Part shown: piece by piece, positions 50,422-60,794 of the stretch
How positions within the stretch are numbered: position 1 is the first letter of the stretch
How the letters are laid out: each line of letters opens with the position of its first letter
Assembly (NCBI GenBank): GCA_030745695.1
Contig: JASLOB010000001.1
Coordinates: 936 to 64,935 of the forward strand
Source: Candidatus Nanoarchaeia archaeon
GTDB taxonomy: Archaea > Nanobdellota > Nanobdellia > SCGC-AAA011-G17 > JACPNG01
DNA length: 64,000 bases
Direction of reading: 5' to 3'
Notes under the pieces: model-generated
The model's database searches: none
Told to the model about the DNA's origin: nothing
The model's input: only the letters and a program-made list of their open reading frames with translations
Translations under genes and position numbers: made by a program

Positions 50422-52218
50422 TTAATATTTAGATTTTAATTTTATTTTTGGATATATTCCTAAAGAAGTTAATTCATCTAATAATAATTTAAATGCATAA
50501 CTTACTTCAACATCATTAACCTCTCCACTTGATACTTTGTTGGATCTCCTTCTTCCTTGCTTATCCATGATACTCATATCTCCAGTTTCTTCATCTATAT
50601 GAATAACACTTTTATCAGAATCAAATCTTTCTTTTAATAATAAAGAAGCTCCATGTGCAACTAAACAATCTTTCTCCATCTCTCCTAATCTTAAACCTCC
50701 ACCTCTTGCTCTTCCTTCTATAGGTTGTCTTGTTAATAATTGAATTCTACCAGAAGCTCTTGAGTGTAATTTATTAGCTACCATATGTTTTAATTTTAGA
50801 TAATACATATTTCCTACAAATATTCTAGTTTGCATTTGCTCTCCAGTTAATGGATTGTACATAACTTCAGTTCCATCTTCTCTAAATCCTAATTCTAATA
50901 ACTCTTTTCTTAAATTTTCTTGAGGCTCTGCACTAAAACTTGTAGCATCTATATGTCTTCCAGATAATGAAGCTACTTTTCCTGCTAAAACTTCAATTAA
51001 ATGACTTATAGTCATTCTACTAGGAAGACTATGTGGACTAAATATTAAATCTGGTTTTATACCTGATGCTGTAAATGGTACATCTTCTTCTGGAATTATT
51101 GATCCAATGATTCCTTTTTGTCCATGACGAGAAGCAAATTTATCTCCTACTTCAGGAATTCTTTGGTCTCTTAATCTTACTCTTACTAATTTATTACCTT
51201 CTTCATTTTCTGTTATAGTAACCATATCTACTACCCCTCTTTCACCATGTCTTATTGAAGAAGAACTTTCCCTTCTAGTACTAGCTGCAATACTAAACTC
51301 TTCCATCTCTCCTAAAAATCTTGGTGGACTTGTTTTTCCTATAACTACATCATCTTCTTTTAGACTTGCTTCAGGATAAACAATGCCATCCTCTTCTAAA
51401 TATTTGTAATCTTCCTCACTCTTATAACCTTTAACTTCTTTATCTGGAACTGAGATCTCATCAACTAAACCTCCAGAGTATCTTAATTCTTCAACAGAAT
51501 ATGGTCTGAAGAAAGATGATCTTGCTAACCCTCTTTCTATAGACCCTCTATTTACAATAATACTATCAGACATATTATATCCTTTATAACTCATTATTGC
51601 TATTGTCACGTTTTGTCCAGCAGGATGTGTGTCATTTTTTGCTATGTCATGCATAAAAGATCTAACTAATGGAGCTTGAGGATAATGTAATAAATTAACA
51701 TCTGTATCCATTCTCATTAAATAATTAGAAGCATATAATCCAAGTCCTTGCTTTTGAGTTTTAGATCCTCTATTTAATCTAGAACTTTGACCAAAATTAG
51801 AATAAGGAACTAATGAAGTTGTTAATCCTAAAATAGAAATTGGACTAATCTCTATATGTGTATGTTCATTTACTAGATCTTCTTCATTTAAAGCAATATA
51901 TGTATTTTCTTCCTCAGCAGCATCTAAATATTCTATAATTCCTTGTTGTACTAGATCACTCCAAGATATCTCATTATTTTCTAATTGAGCTAAATGAAAG
52001 TCAGTTAGCTTACTTTTACCATCTTCAACAACAATTAAAGGTCTTCTTGATCTCCCATTAGAATAATCAATGTAGACTTCATCTACTTTTTCACTATAAA
52101 AAACATTAACTAGATTAGAAACTCTAGCTCTTCTTCTTTCTTCTTTAATTTTTTTAATAAAATTTTGAGGATTATCAACATTTCCAATAAATTTTTCATT
52201 CATATAAACATCTGTCAT
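50422..52218 (-). CDS. rpoB1: RNA polymerase subunit B'
   Basis: GDKFASRHGQKG, GGLRLGEME. Confidence 0.97.
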   Translation of the reverse strand: MTDVYMNEKFIGNVDNPQNFIKKIKEERRRARVSNLVNVFYSEKVDEVYIDYSNGRSRRPLIVVEDGKSKLTDFHLAQLENNEISWSDLVQQGIIEYLDAAEEENTYIALNEEDLVNEHTHIEISPISILGLTTSLVPYSNFGQSSRLNRGSKTQKQGLGLYASNYLMRMDTDVNLLHYPQAPLVRSFMHDIAKNDTHPAGQNVTIAIMSYKGYNMSDSIIVNRGSIERGLARSSFFRPYSVEELRYSGGLVDEISVPDKEVKGYKSEEDYKYLEEDGIVYPEASLKEDDVVIGKTSPPRFLGEMEEFSIAASTRRESSSSIRHGERGVVDMVTITENEEGNKLVRVRLRDQRIPEVGDKFASRHGQKGIIGSIIPEEDVPFTASGIKPDLIFSPHSLPSRMTISHLIEVLAGKVASLSGRHIDATSFSAEPQENLRKELLELGFREDGTEVMYNPLTGEQMQTRIFVGNMYYLKLKHMVANKLHSRASGRIQLLTRQPIEGRARGGGLRLGEMEKDCLVAHGASLLLKERFDSDKSVIHIDEETGDMSIMDKQGRRRSNKVSSGEVNDVEVSYAFKLLLDELTSLGIYPKIKLKSKY

Positions 52219-52219
52219 C

Positions 52220-53707
52220 TTATTTTACAGGATTTAATCCAGCCCCCTCTAATATTCTTCTTAATTTATCTTCTTGTACCTCTCCTTGTGTAATGCTACA
52301 TAATAATGCCATATTTTTTCTTAATCCAATTGAAGTTCCTTCTGGAGTTTCTATAGCACATAATCTTCCCCAATGTGTTGGATGTAAAGCTCTAGCTTCA
52401 AAATTCTCTTGTGTAGAACTTAATAATGAAACAACTCTTTGTAAATGAGATAAGGATGCCAAATAGTTTATTCTATCAATATTTTGACTTACTCCTTTTC
52501 TACCTCCAACCCAAGTTCCAGTAGCCATAGCACTTTGGATTCTAGAAGTTAATAATTTTTCTCTAATAACAATTTTTAGTGAAGTATATTTTCCTCTTTT
52601 TACTAATCTTTGAAAATTATATAAAATATCATTAATTAAAATTCTTAGATTAACTCTAAACAAATCAGAAATTAAATCTCCACTTAATTTTAATTTTTTA
52701 TTCATATAATGATCTTTATCATTTGGTTCAACTCCCTCTCTTGAAACCATTAAAAATCTCTTGATTAATTTACATAAAGTATAAGCTTTAAGGATTCTAT
52801 CTTTAGGAGAAGTTCCTAAATGAGGTAATAAATATTTATCTAAATTCTCTCTTGTTTTCTCTAATTTAATGTCTAAAGGTTGTGCTATCCCTATTTTTTT
52901 AGCAATAAATTCTAAAGCCTCTTCTTCTGTTCTTAATTCATTAGATTCATATAAATTAATGAATAAATCATCATATTCTTTTTCTTCTGAAATAAATCTT
53001 GCAATTTCTTGGTCTCTTATTAATCCTAAAGCTTTTATCACAGCAATAATTGGAATTCTTTTAAATCTTGTAAAAGATAAGTACATTAATCCATCTTTCA
53101 TTTGTTCTACTATATGGGGAATTCTATAAGGCCCTCTCTCAGAAAATAATTTAGCAGAATATTTACTTGGACCTACTTTATTTTTTTGTATCATAACTTT
53201 ATTAGATGCTAAATCCTCTACTGTTATCAAAACTCTTTCATTTCCATTTAAGACAAAATAACCACCAATATCATCTGGATCTTCGAAATTTTTAATTAAA
53301 TCTTCCCTCTTCATATTGTTTAAATGACAATATTTAGATTTGACCATTATTGGAAGTCTTCCAATCTCAACAGTAAAATTTTCTCTTTGTATCCCTTCTA
53401 TAATTGCCCCAACATCTAAGAATATTGAAGCAGAATAAGATAGTTGTCTAAGTCTAGACTCCATAGGATAAACATTTCTTTTAGATCCATCTGCCTCAAT
53501 AATTTGTGGCTTTGTTATCCATATTTTGTTAAATTTAATTTTAAAATCTTTTACTTCTTCAGGTGTTATTGTTGGGATAATTTCACCCATCTCATTAACA
53601 ATTTCTTGCATTTTATGATCTACAAAATTATTAAATGATTTTATATTTTCCTCTACAAAACTTCTCTCTTCAAAATATTTTTTGATTAGAATATCTTTTT
53701 TAAGCAT
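52220..53707 (-). CDS. rpoB2: RNA polymerase subunit B''
   Basis: GGYFVLNG.E, ETPEG..IGL.K. Confidence 0.97.
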   Translation of the reverse strand: MLKKDILIKKYFEERSFVEENIKSFNNFVDHKMQEIVNEMGEIIPTITPEEVKDFKIKFNKIWITKPQIIEADGSKRNVYPMESRLRQLSYSASIFLDVGAIIEGIQRENFTVEIGRLPIMVKSKYCHLNNMKREDLIKNFEDPDDIGGYFVLNGNERVLITVEDLASNKVMIQKNKVGPSKYSAKLFSERGPYRIPHIVEQMKDGLMYLSFTRFKRIPIIAVIKALGLIRDQEIARFISEEKEYDDLFINLYESNELRTEEEALEFIAKKIGIAQPLDIKLEKTRENLDKYLLPHLGTSPKDRILKAYTLCKLIKRFLMVSREGVEPNDKDHYMNKKLKLSGDLISDLFRVNLRILINDILYNFQRLVKRGKYTSLKIVIREKLLTSRIQSAMATGTWVGGRKGVSQNIDRINYLASLSHLQRVVSLLSSTQENFEARALHPTHWGRLCAIETPEGTSIGLRKNMALLCSITQGEVQEDKLRRILEGAGLNPVK

Positions 53708-53939
53708 CTACTACCACCCTATAAAATATTGCTTCTTTAGCAGATTTACTTTTTCTAACTATTTTTAATACAGCTCCTTTTTCAGCATTTAATGCTTTAA
53801 CAACAGGATCATTAGCAAAAATTCTAGGTAACTGTCTTATTGAAATATTAAATTGTTTCAATAAATCAGCTATCTCTTTTTTATTTAACACACTATGTTT
53901 TGGTACAAAGTTATGTTCTAATATGTTGAATTCTTCCAT
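53700..53939 (-). CDS. rpoH: RNA polymerase subunit H
   Basis: H..VPKH, QLPRI...DP, YRVV. True start MEEF at 53939; the longer ORF overlaps a tRNA. Confidence 0.95.
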   Translation of the reverse strand: MEEFNILEHNFVPKHSVLNKKEIADLLKQFNISIRQLPRIFANDPVVKALNAEKGAVLKIVRKSKSAKEAIFYRVVVDA

Positions 53940-53952
53940 TTTTTTAATAAAT

Positions 53953-54086
53953 TGGGCCGGACGGGACATCCAACAGACTATTTTCATAGCCTAAATTTGA
54001 ACCCGCGACCACTTGCTTTCTTCTGGATTAAAAGGTTCACCAATTCTTGATTTCAAGTGCTCTAATCCAGGCTGAGCTACCGGCCC
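53953..54086 (-). tRNA. tRNA-Lys(TTT) with three introns (30/31: 54053-54036; 37/38: 54028-54018; 59/60: 53995-53967)
   Basis: Removing 18, 11 and 29 nt gives a cloverleaf with CTTGC-CTTTTAA-GCAAG. Each intron has a 4-bp central helix (CACU/GGUG, CUUU/GAAG, UUCA/UGGA). Confidence 0.88.
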
Positions 54087-54089
54087 AAA

Positions 54090-54187
54090 CGCCCTGACCG
54101 GGATTCGAACCCGGGTTGTAGCCTCGACAGGGCATCACGGTATATGATTAAATATACTTACGTGCTAGGCCACTACACTATCAGGGC
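54090..54187 (-). tRNA. tRNA-Asp(GTC) with a 25-nt intron at 28/29 (54158-54134)
   Basis: BHB central helix CACG/CGTG, inner stem GTATAT/ATATAC; mature stem TAGCC/GGCTA. Confidence 0.92.
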
Positions 54188-54495
54188 CTCATTTTTTATG
54201 GATAATTGTGAATATAGTTTAGTAATGATAGTATAAAAAGTAAGAAAAATATCTCTGAAATCAAAGTTAGTCATTTTTTGATTAGGGTGTCTATTTTTTT
54301 TATGAATCAAATCAGTCAATCTAAGTCTATTTTGTATCAATAAAAATATCTCAATAGTTATCAAACTTAGAATGATTATCAAACATTAAGCTTCTTAGAA
54401 AATATCGGTTTATAAAGCTTGTGGTTATTTTGATTAATCTAAAAAAAATAAAAATGAAGTTATTCTAGAAAAAAATAAGAGAATAAAGAATAAAA

Positions 54496-54642
54496 TTAAT
54501 ATCCTTTCTTCTTTTTATAACATTCCTTACAAAAAACAGGCTTTCCTTCTGTAGGCTTGAATGGAACTTCACATTCTTGATTACATTCAGAACAAGTTGC
54601 TTTATGCATCTCTCTTGGGCCAAAATTATTGAATCCTTGCAT
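54496..54642 (-). CDS. CxxC-x17-CxxC zinc-ribbon protein (not in ORF track)
   Basis: REMHKATCSECNQECEVPFKPTEGKPVFCKECY; GGAGG SD. Confidence 0.9.
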   Translation of the reverse strand: MQGFNNFGPREMHKATCSECNQECEVPFKPTEGKPVFCKECYKKKKGY

Positions 54643-54822
54643 TTTATCCTCCACATATATACGATAAAAATAAAGAAAACTTTTACTCCTTATCTATTAT
54701 CTTAACTAAAAAAGATTTGAGGTTTTATAAATCTATTCATTTTAAATAGTTAAGATAAAAAGGTTTAAATAGGATAATTTGAGCATTCACTATACAAATA
54801 TATAATAAAAATCTTCTAGAAA

Positions 54823-55950
54823 ATGACTAAAAGAGATTATTACGAAATACTTGGAATAAACAAAAATGCATCTAAGGATGAGATTAAAAAAACATATAAA
54901 AAATTAGCTTTAAAATATCATCCTGATAGAAATAAAGAGAAAGGTGCAGAAGAAAAGTTTAAAGAGATTAGTGAAGCTTATGCTGTTTTAAGTGATGATA
55001 CAAAAAAACAACAGTATGATACTTATGGACATGCAGGATTTGATCAAAGGTATTCTCAAGAAGATATTTTTAGAGGTGCTGATTTTGGTAGTGTATTTGA
55101 AGACTTGTTTGGAGAGAGTTCTAATATTTTTGATATGTTTTTTGGTGGAAATTTTAATAGAGGAAGAAGACAAAGAAGAGGAAATGATCTACAATATAAT
55201 TTAACCATTGATTTTGAAGAAGCTGCTTTTGGAATAGATAAAGAAGTAACAATAAACAAAGATATTGAATGTAGTAAATGTCAAGGATCTGGAGCAGAAC
55301 ATGGTGAATTAGAACAATGTAGTACTTGTCAAGGTTCTGGAATGCAAAAAAGAACCCAAAGAACTCCATTTGGGATGTTTCAGACTACCACAACATGTGG
55401 AAATTGTAATGGTGAAGGGGAAGTATCTAAAAAAGTATGTTTAAATTGCAATGGGAATGGTGTTGAAAAAAAATCTAAAAAAATTAAAATAAAAATTCCT
55501 AAAGGTATAGATAATGGGCAATTTTTAAGAATAAGAGGAGAAGGTCAAGATATTAAAAATGGAAGTTCTGGAGATTTAATAGTTGTTGTTAATGTTAAAG
55601 CTCATAAATATTTTACAAGAGATGAAAATAATATTCATTTAGATTTTCCAATTAGCTTTTCTCAAGCTGCTTTAGGTGATGAAGTTAAAGTCCCTACATT
55701 AGAAAAAGAAGTAAAAATGAAAATTCCTTCAGGAACACAAAGTCATACATTATTTAGATTAAAAGGAAAAGGAATAGAAGATGTTAATGGATATGGAAAA
55801 GGGGATGAATTTGTTAGGGTTATTGTTAAGACTCCTTCTAAAACTAATAAAAAACAAAAAGAATTGTTTGATTCATTAGCAAAAGAGAATAAAGAAAAAT
55901 TGAAGATAGAAAAAGGTTTTCTTGATAAAGTTAAAGATGTGTTTGGTTAA
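54823..55950 (+). CDS. dnaJ: chaperone DnaJ
   Basis: HPD motif, G/F region, four CxxCxGxG repeats. Confidence 0.97.
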   Translation: MTKRDYYEILGINKNASKDEIKKTYKKLALKYHPDRNKEKGAEEKFKEISEAYAVLSDDTKKQQYDTYGHAGFDQRYSQEDIFRGADFGSVFEDLFGESSNIFDMFFGGNFNRGRRQRRGNDLQYNLTIDFEEAAFGIDKEVTINKDIECSKCQGSGAEHGELEQCSTCQGSGMQKRTQRTPFGMFQTTTTCGNCNGEGEVSKKVCLNCNGNGVEKKSKKIKIKIPKGIDNGQFLRIRGEGQDIKNGSSGDLIVVVNVKAHKYFTRDENNIHLDFPISFSQAALGDEVKVPTLEKEVKMKIPSGTQSHTLFRLKGKGIEDVNGYGKGDEFVRVIVKTPSKTNKKQKELFDSLAKENKEKLKIEKGFLDKVKDVFG

Positions 55951-56234
55951 TCTACAGTAAATAAAGAATTGTCATTAACATTAAACAGTCCTAAACGAGC
56001 ACCAGCATCTAACCAACCATGAGCATAGTTTAAGGCTGCAAATGCTGTTACAATATCATTTTTTTCTTGAAAATGTTTAGCATCTTCTACATAACGAGTA
56101 ATCATATCAATAAAATCATCATAAGCTTCATCTTCATTAACAGAAAATGAACCTTTATTGTTTTTAGCTTGTTCTAAAGCTTTTTTTGTAATGTTAAAAT
56201 ATTTGTTAAGTTTTTCAGAAGTAATTTTATCCAT
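55947..56234 (-). CDS. DUF357-family protein
   Basis: Y..DA.HF...D...[15 protein letters not shown]. Confidence 0.88.
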   Translation of the reverse strand: MDKITSEKLNKYFNITKKALEQAKNNKGSFSVNEDEAYDDFIDMITRYVEDAKHFQEKNDIVTAFAALNYAHGWLDAGARLGLFNVNDNSLFTVD

Positions 56235-56235
56235 T

Positions 56236-56337
56236 TTAAGATCTTCTACGTTTTCTCTTCTCTTTTTTCATCCTCTTTCTTTGCCACTTCCATCTCATTT
56301 GACCTTTTTTCTTCCAACGTCTTGAACTTCTTTTCAT
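56236..56337 (-). CDS. rpl41e: ribosomal protein eL41/eS32 (not in ORF track)
   Basis: MKRSSRRWKKKGQMRWKWQRKRMKKEKRKRRRS resembles Thermococcales L41e. Confidence 0.85.
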   Translation of the reverse strand: MKRSSRRWKKKGQMRWKWQRKRMKKEKRKRRRS

Positions 56338-56405
56338 TTTTTATAAGAATTAAAAACTTGATTTATAAGTTTTTTGATTATTACAAATTTTATTATAATA
56401 AAGTT

Positions 56406-56480
56406 TGCTCCTGCCGGGATTTGAACCCGGGTCTCAGGCTCGAAAGGCCCGCGTCATTGGCCGGGCTAGACTACAGGAGC
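56406..56480 (-). tRNA. tRNA-Glu(TTC)
   Basis: CGGGC-CTTTCGA-GCCTG; GGTTCAAATCC. Confidence 0.96.
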
Positions 56481-56486
56481 ATACTC

Positions 56487-56581
56487 TGGGCCTAGACGGA
56501 TTTGAACCGTCGACCTCTGGCTGACCTAAGCCAAAGTGGCCATATAAGACCAGCGCTCTAACCAAGCTGAGCTATAGGCCC
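56487..56581 (-). tRNA. tRNA-Ile(TAT) with a 20-nt intron at 37/38 (56542-56523)
   Basis: CTGGT-CTTATA|A-GCCAG; central helix CTTA/TAGG. Confidence 0.9.
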
Positions 56582-56670
56582 ACACTTCAAAAATGGATTA
56601 GTTAACTTTTAAATGTTTCTTATATGTTGTCCATAGCAAAATTTATAACATACTTCTTTAGATTAATCTC

Positions 56671-57861
56671 ATGTTAATAGGATTAGTAGGTAAGCCAAGT
56701 TCAGGAAAATCAACTTTCTTTAAAGCAGCCACATTAGCAGAAGTTGAGATAGCTAATTATCCATTCACAACAATAAAACCTAATGAAGGAATGGGTTATA
56801 TTAAAGTTGAGGATGTTGCTAATGAATTTAATAAAAAAAGTAATCCTAGAGAAGGTTATTGTTTAGATAAATTTAGATTTGTTCCTATCAAATTAATTGA
56901 TGTTGCTGGATTAGTTCCAGGAGCTTATGAAGGAAAAGGAAAAGGTAATCAATTTCTTAGTGATTTAAATCAAGCTGATGTGTTAATACATGTCATTGAT
57001 GTGTCTGGATCAATAGATGAAAACGGAAATTCTGTAGCACCATTAAGTTATGATCCATCAAAAGATATAGAATTTTTAGAGATTGAATTAGATATGTGGT
57101 ATTTTGGGGTGTTAAAAAAAGGGTGGGGTAAATTTACTAGAACATTAAAACAAGAGAATCAAGATATTAAGAAAGCATTAGCAAAACAATTATCTGGATT
57201 AAATGCAAATGAAGAAATTGTTCAAGAATCTATTAAAAAATTAAAATTAGATCGCCATCCAATTGAATGGAATGATGATGAATTAAAAAGTTTGGCTAGA
57301 GATCTTAGAATAAAAACTAAACCTATGATAATTGCAGCTAATAAAATAGATATTCAAGGTGCAAAATTAAACTTTCATAAACTCCAAGAAAAATTCAAAG
57401 ATTATTTAATAATTCCTTGTAGTGGAGACTCTGAATTAGCTTTGAAAGAAGCTGCAAAACATGATTTAATTGAATATATCCCTGGAGAAAATAATTTTAA
57501 TGTTAAAGGAACATTAAATGAAAAACAAAAAAATGCTTTAGAGTTTATAAAAAAAAATGTATTAAATGAATTTGGAAGTAGTGGAATTCAAAATATTTTA
57601 GATAAAGCTGTTTTTGAATTATTAGATTATATTGCATTATTTCCAGGAGGAGTAAATAAATTAGAAGATTCTGAAGGTAATGTACTTCCTGATTGTTTTT
57701 TAATGAAAAATGGTTCAACTGCATTAGATTTTGCTTATAGATTACATACTGACTTTGGTAAAAATTTTATAAAAGCTATAGATGTTAGAACAAAAATGAC
57801 TGTTGGAAAGGATCATAAATTAAAACATAAAGATATTATTGAGTTAGCAGTTAGAAAATAA
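56671..57861 (+). CDS. ychF: YchF/OLA1-family GTPase/ATPase
   Basis: GKPSSGKS, YPFTT, DVAGL, NKID, TGS domain. Confidence 0.95.
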   Translation: MLIGLVGKPSSGKSTFFKAATLAEVEIANYPFTTIKPNEGMGYIKVEDVANEFNKKSNPREGYCLDKFRFVPIKLIDVAGLVPGAYEGKGKGNQFLSDLNQADVLIHVIDVSGSIDENGNSVAPLSYDPSKDIEFLEIELDMWYFGVLKKGWGKFTRTLKQENQDIKKALAKQLSGLNANEEIVQESIKKLKLDRHPIEWNDDELKSLARDLRIKTKPMIIAANKIDIQGAKLNFHKLQEKFKDYLIIPCSGDSELALKEAAKHDLIEYIPGENNFNVKGTLNEKQKNALEFIKKNVLNEFGSSGIQNILDKAVFELLDYIALFPGGVNKLEDSEGNVLPDCFLMKNGSTALDFAYRLHTDFGKNFIKAIDVRTKMTVGKDHKLKHKDIIELAVRK

Positions 57862-57937
57862 GATCATCTCTTTATTATTTTAGTATTATCAGTTATAATA
57901 AAGAAATCTATTTATACTTCTAGACTAATATAAATAT

Positions 57938-58252
57938 ATGGAAAATATAACTTATGTTGGATTAAAAAAATTAGATGAAGATGAAATTGAAGTAATCAAT
58001 AAACTAACAGAAAGATTTTATCCAAAGATTAATAGAGAATTTGATAGTGTAAATTTAACTGTTGATGTTAAAAAATATGATCCAACTGGAAAAAGAGGAA
58101 AATATTCTATACATTTAAGAATTGACCATCCCAATATCAAGAATATACTATCAGCTAAAGAGTTTGATTGGGATCTAGCTACTTCTTTACATAAGACATT
58201 TGATAATTTGATGAGTGAGATAGAACATAAATTCAAAGACAACAAACCTTAA
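57938..58252 (+). CDS. stand-alone HPF/RaiA-like protein
   Basis: V.VKKY...G...KYSIHLR ... DWDL..SLH..F..L..EI pattern. Confidence 0.6.
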   Translation: MENITYVGLKKLDEDEIEVINKLTERFYPKINREFDSVNLTVDVKKYDPTGKRGKYSIHLRIDHPNIKNILSAKEFDWDLATSLHKTFDNLMSEIEHKFKDNKP

Positions 58253-58291
58253 TATTATATATTTATAAAGTCTATTTTCTATAAAAAAATA

Positions 58292-59275
58292 ATGAAAGAA
58301 TTAATTTGTTTAGGGATAGAAGGAACAGCCCACACATTTGGTGCTTCTATAATTACATCTAAAGGAGATATATTAAGTGATGTTAGAGATATGTACACTA
58401 CAAAAAAAGGTGGAATTATCCCTCAAGATGCAGCAAAACATCATAAAGAGATATCAAATAGTGTAATAGAAAAATCTTTGAAAGAAGCTAATAAAAATTT
58501 TGATGATATAAATTTAATAAGTTTTAGTAGGGCTCCAGGATTAGCACCATGTTTATTAGCTACAAAAGATGTAGCTATAAGATTAGCTAAAGAACATAAA
58601 AAAGATTTAATTGGAGTTAATCATGCTATAGCTCATTTAACATCTGGATTGTTGTTTACAGAAGCAAAAGATCCAATTTATATTTATGTTTCTGGAGCTA
58701 ACACTCAAATTCTAGCTTTGATTGATAAAAGATTTAGAATTTTAGGAGAAACTTTAGATATTGGATTAGGAAATGCTTTAGATAAATTTGGAAGAGGTAT
58801 AGAGTTAGGATTTCCAGCTGGTCCAAAAATTGAAGAACTAGCTAAAGATGGAGAATATGTTGAATTACCTTATACAGTTAAAGGGATGGATCTAACTTTT
58901 TCTGGAATTGTTACAGAAGCTACAAATAAATTTAGGAAAGATTATAAAAAAGAAGATTTATGTTTTTCAGTTCAAGAAACTTTATTCTCAATGTTAACAG
59001 AAGTTGTAGAGAGAGCATTAGCTTTTACAGAAAAGAAAGAAGCTCTATTGATTGGTGGAGTAGCAGCTAATAAAAGATTAGTTGAGATGTTAAATATTAT
59101 GTGTAAAGAAAGAGGTGCTAAATTTTATAATGTTCCTTTGAGATATAGTGGAGATCAAGCTGTGATGATTGCTTGGCAGGGGATTTTAGAATATAACTCT
59201 GGGAAAAAAGATAGTTTAAATATAGATATAGATGATTCTCAAAGAACAGACCAAGTAGAGGTAATATGGAACTAA
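58292..59275 (+). CDS. kae1: KEOPS Kae1 (t6A synthesis)
   Basis: GIEGTAHT, HAIAH, VSGANTQ, GGVAAN, D...MIA. Confidence 0.96.
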   Translation: MKELICLGIEGTAHTFGASIITSKGDILSDVRDMYTTKKGGIIPQDAAKHHKEISNSVIEKSLKEANKNFDDINLISFSRAPGLAPCLLATKDVAIRLAKEHKKDLIGVNHAIAHLTSGLLFTEAKDPIYIYVSGANTQILALIDKRFRILGETLDIGLGNALDKFGRGIELGFPAGPKIEELAKDGEYVELPYTVKGMDLTFSGIVTEATNKFRKDYKKEDLCFSVQETLFSMLTEVVERALAFTEKKEALLIGGVAANKRLVEMLNIMCKERGAKFYNVPLRYSGDQAVMIAWQGILEYNSGKKDSLNIDIDDSQRTDQVEVIWN

Positions 59276-59637
59276 AAGATATTTTAGAAAGTTTGAGAAA
59301 AATTGAAGGATTAAACCATATTAATCTACTTAATCAAGAAGATAAAGATGTTATAATAAACTTAGAAGAAGAATATAATTTAGGAGTAAGTGAATGTATT
59401 GAAAGAGATCATGTTGTTGTTGTAACACACAACTCTAATTTTAGAGAACCAGAAAGAGATATTGTGATAAATAAAGAAAAACAAACAGTGTTTCCTGCTT
59501 TAGATTTTCCTGAAGTTAAAGCAAAAGAAGTTGTGTCTAGTTCTCCAGGAATTAATGTTCATAATTATTTAAGAAAAAGATTTGATATGAAAATAAATGG
59601 TCATCATGCTACTTTACTAATTGGATTTAATCTTTAA
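59266..59637 (+). CDS. hypothetical protein
   Basis: Overlaps the kae1 stop; SSSPG motif. Confidence 0.65.
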   Translation: MELKDILESLRKIEGLNHINLLNQEDKDVIINLEEEYNLGVSECIERDHVVVVTHNSNFREPERDIVINKEKQTVFPALDFPEVKAKEVVSSSPGINVHNYLRKRFDMKINGHHATLLIGFNL

Positions 59638-60337
59638 GTCCAAAATAAACCCTTCTATTACTCTTACCTTTATTTTCTGCTTTTAAGAAAACAATCTCTC
59701 CAATTTCTTTTGATGATTTAACATGGGTTCCACCATCTGCTTGAGTATCAATATCTCCTATTTGAACTATCCTAAACTCATCTAAATCTGGAGGCATTTT
59801 ATTTGCTAGTTTTATGATTCCAGAAATTTTTAGAGCTTCTTCTTTTTTTAGTGTATAAACTTTAACAGGGATATCTTGTTTTATTATCTCATTAGATTTT
59901 TTTATTAATTCTGTTATTTTATCTCTATCAAAATCTTCTAAACTAAAATCCATTCTAGATCTTTCAACATCTTTTTGATTTCCAGTTATTAATGCTCCTA
60001 ACTCATCATGAAAGATTGCACTTAACAAATGAGCAGCAGTATGCATTCTCATTAATTTATATCTTCTCTTCCAATTGATAATTCCTTTAATTTTATCTCC
60101 TACTTTTAATCCTTCTTTATCAACCTCATGACTTATTTTTCCATCAAACTTTCCAACATAAACTACTTCATACTCTTTTCCTTCAAAAATAAATTTTCCA
60201 GTATCATGTGGTTGCCCTCCACTATTAGGATAAAAAATAGTCTGATCTAAGATGATATACTTATCATTATTAACTTCTTTTATTGTAGCTTCAAATTCCT
60301 TTAAATAAGAATCATCTAAATAAAGTGCTTCTTTCAT
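59627..60337 (-). CDS. alaX: AlaX tRNA editing protein
   Basis: YP.SGGQP.D.G, MRMHTAAH, ADGGTHV. Confidence 0.93.
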   Translation of the reverse strand: MKEALYLDDSYLKEFEATIKEVNNDKYIILDQTIFYPNSGGQPHDTGKFIFEGKEYEVVYVGKFDGKISHEVDKEGLKVGDKIKGIINWKRRYKLMRMHTAAHLLSAIFHDELGALITGNQKDVERSRMDFSLEDFDRDKITELIKKSNEIIKQDIPVKVYTLKKEEALKISGIIKLANKMPPDLDEFRIVQIGDIDTQADGGTHVKSSKEIGEIVFLKAENKGKSNRRVYFGLKD

Positions 60338-60406
60338 CTTATGAATAATTTTTAACATATATATTTTTATAGTTTTTGTTTAATAAAATACAAAAGTGGA
60401 AATAAT

Positions 60407-60793
60407 CTAATTACTAGCAGATTTCTTATTACTTCCAAAAGTAGAAGCTAGATCTATAATATACTTACCTTCTTCAACCCTATAAACTAAAGGCTTTCCT
60501 TTGAATAATTCAACAATATCTAATTCATATTTTCCTGGTTGTAAGATTCTTATAGACTCTAAATCTAAGATAACTGGTTTAGTGTCATCCTCTATTCCAA
60601 TAATCTCTAAAACATCTTGCTCAATTTGTTGCTTTTCTTCATTTGTTAATTTTTCAGTTATTTTTTTAGATTCTTCTAAATCTTTTTCCTTTATAAAAAA
60701 GAAAAATCTACTAGTACAACTAGTACATCCTTTTAATAATTCATTAGAACCATCTGGATAAATTTTACCACATTTAACACATTGATGTGGCAT
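60407..60793 (-). CDS. oapC: OapC/DUF2072 zinc-ribbon protein
   Basis: MPHQCVKCG...GCTSC..RFF, ESIRI..PGKYELD. Confidence 0.9.
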   Translation of the reverse strand: MPHQCVKCGKIYPDGSNELLKGCTSCTSRFFFFIKEKDLEESKKITEKLTNEEKQQIEQDVLEIIGIEDDTKPVILDLESIRILQPGKYELDIVELFKGKPLVYRVEEGKYIIDLASTFGSNKKSASN

Positions 60794-60794
60794 T

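Noticed and set aside
53940..53987. N-terminal extension of RpoH
   Set aside because: Overlaps tRNA-Lys and its third intron; the real start is 53939.
54465..54656. 63-aa ORF in the track
   Set aside because: Wrong frame; the overlapping CxxC-x17-CxxC ORF (54642-54496) has an SD and a recognisable motif.
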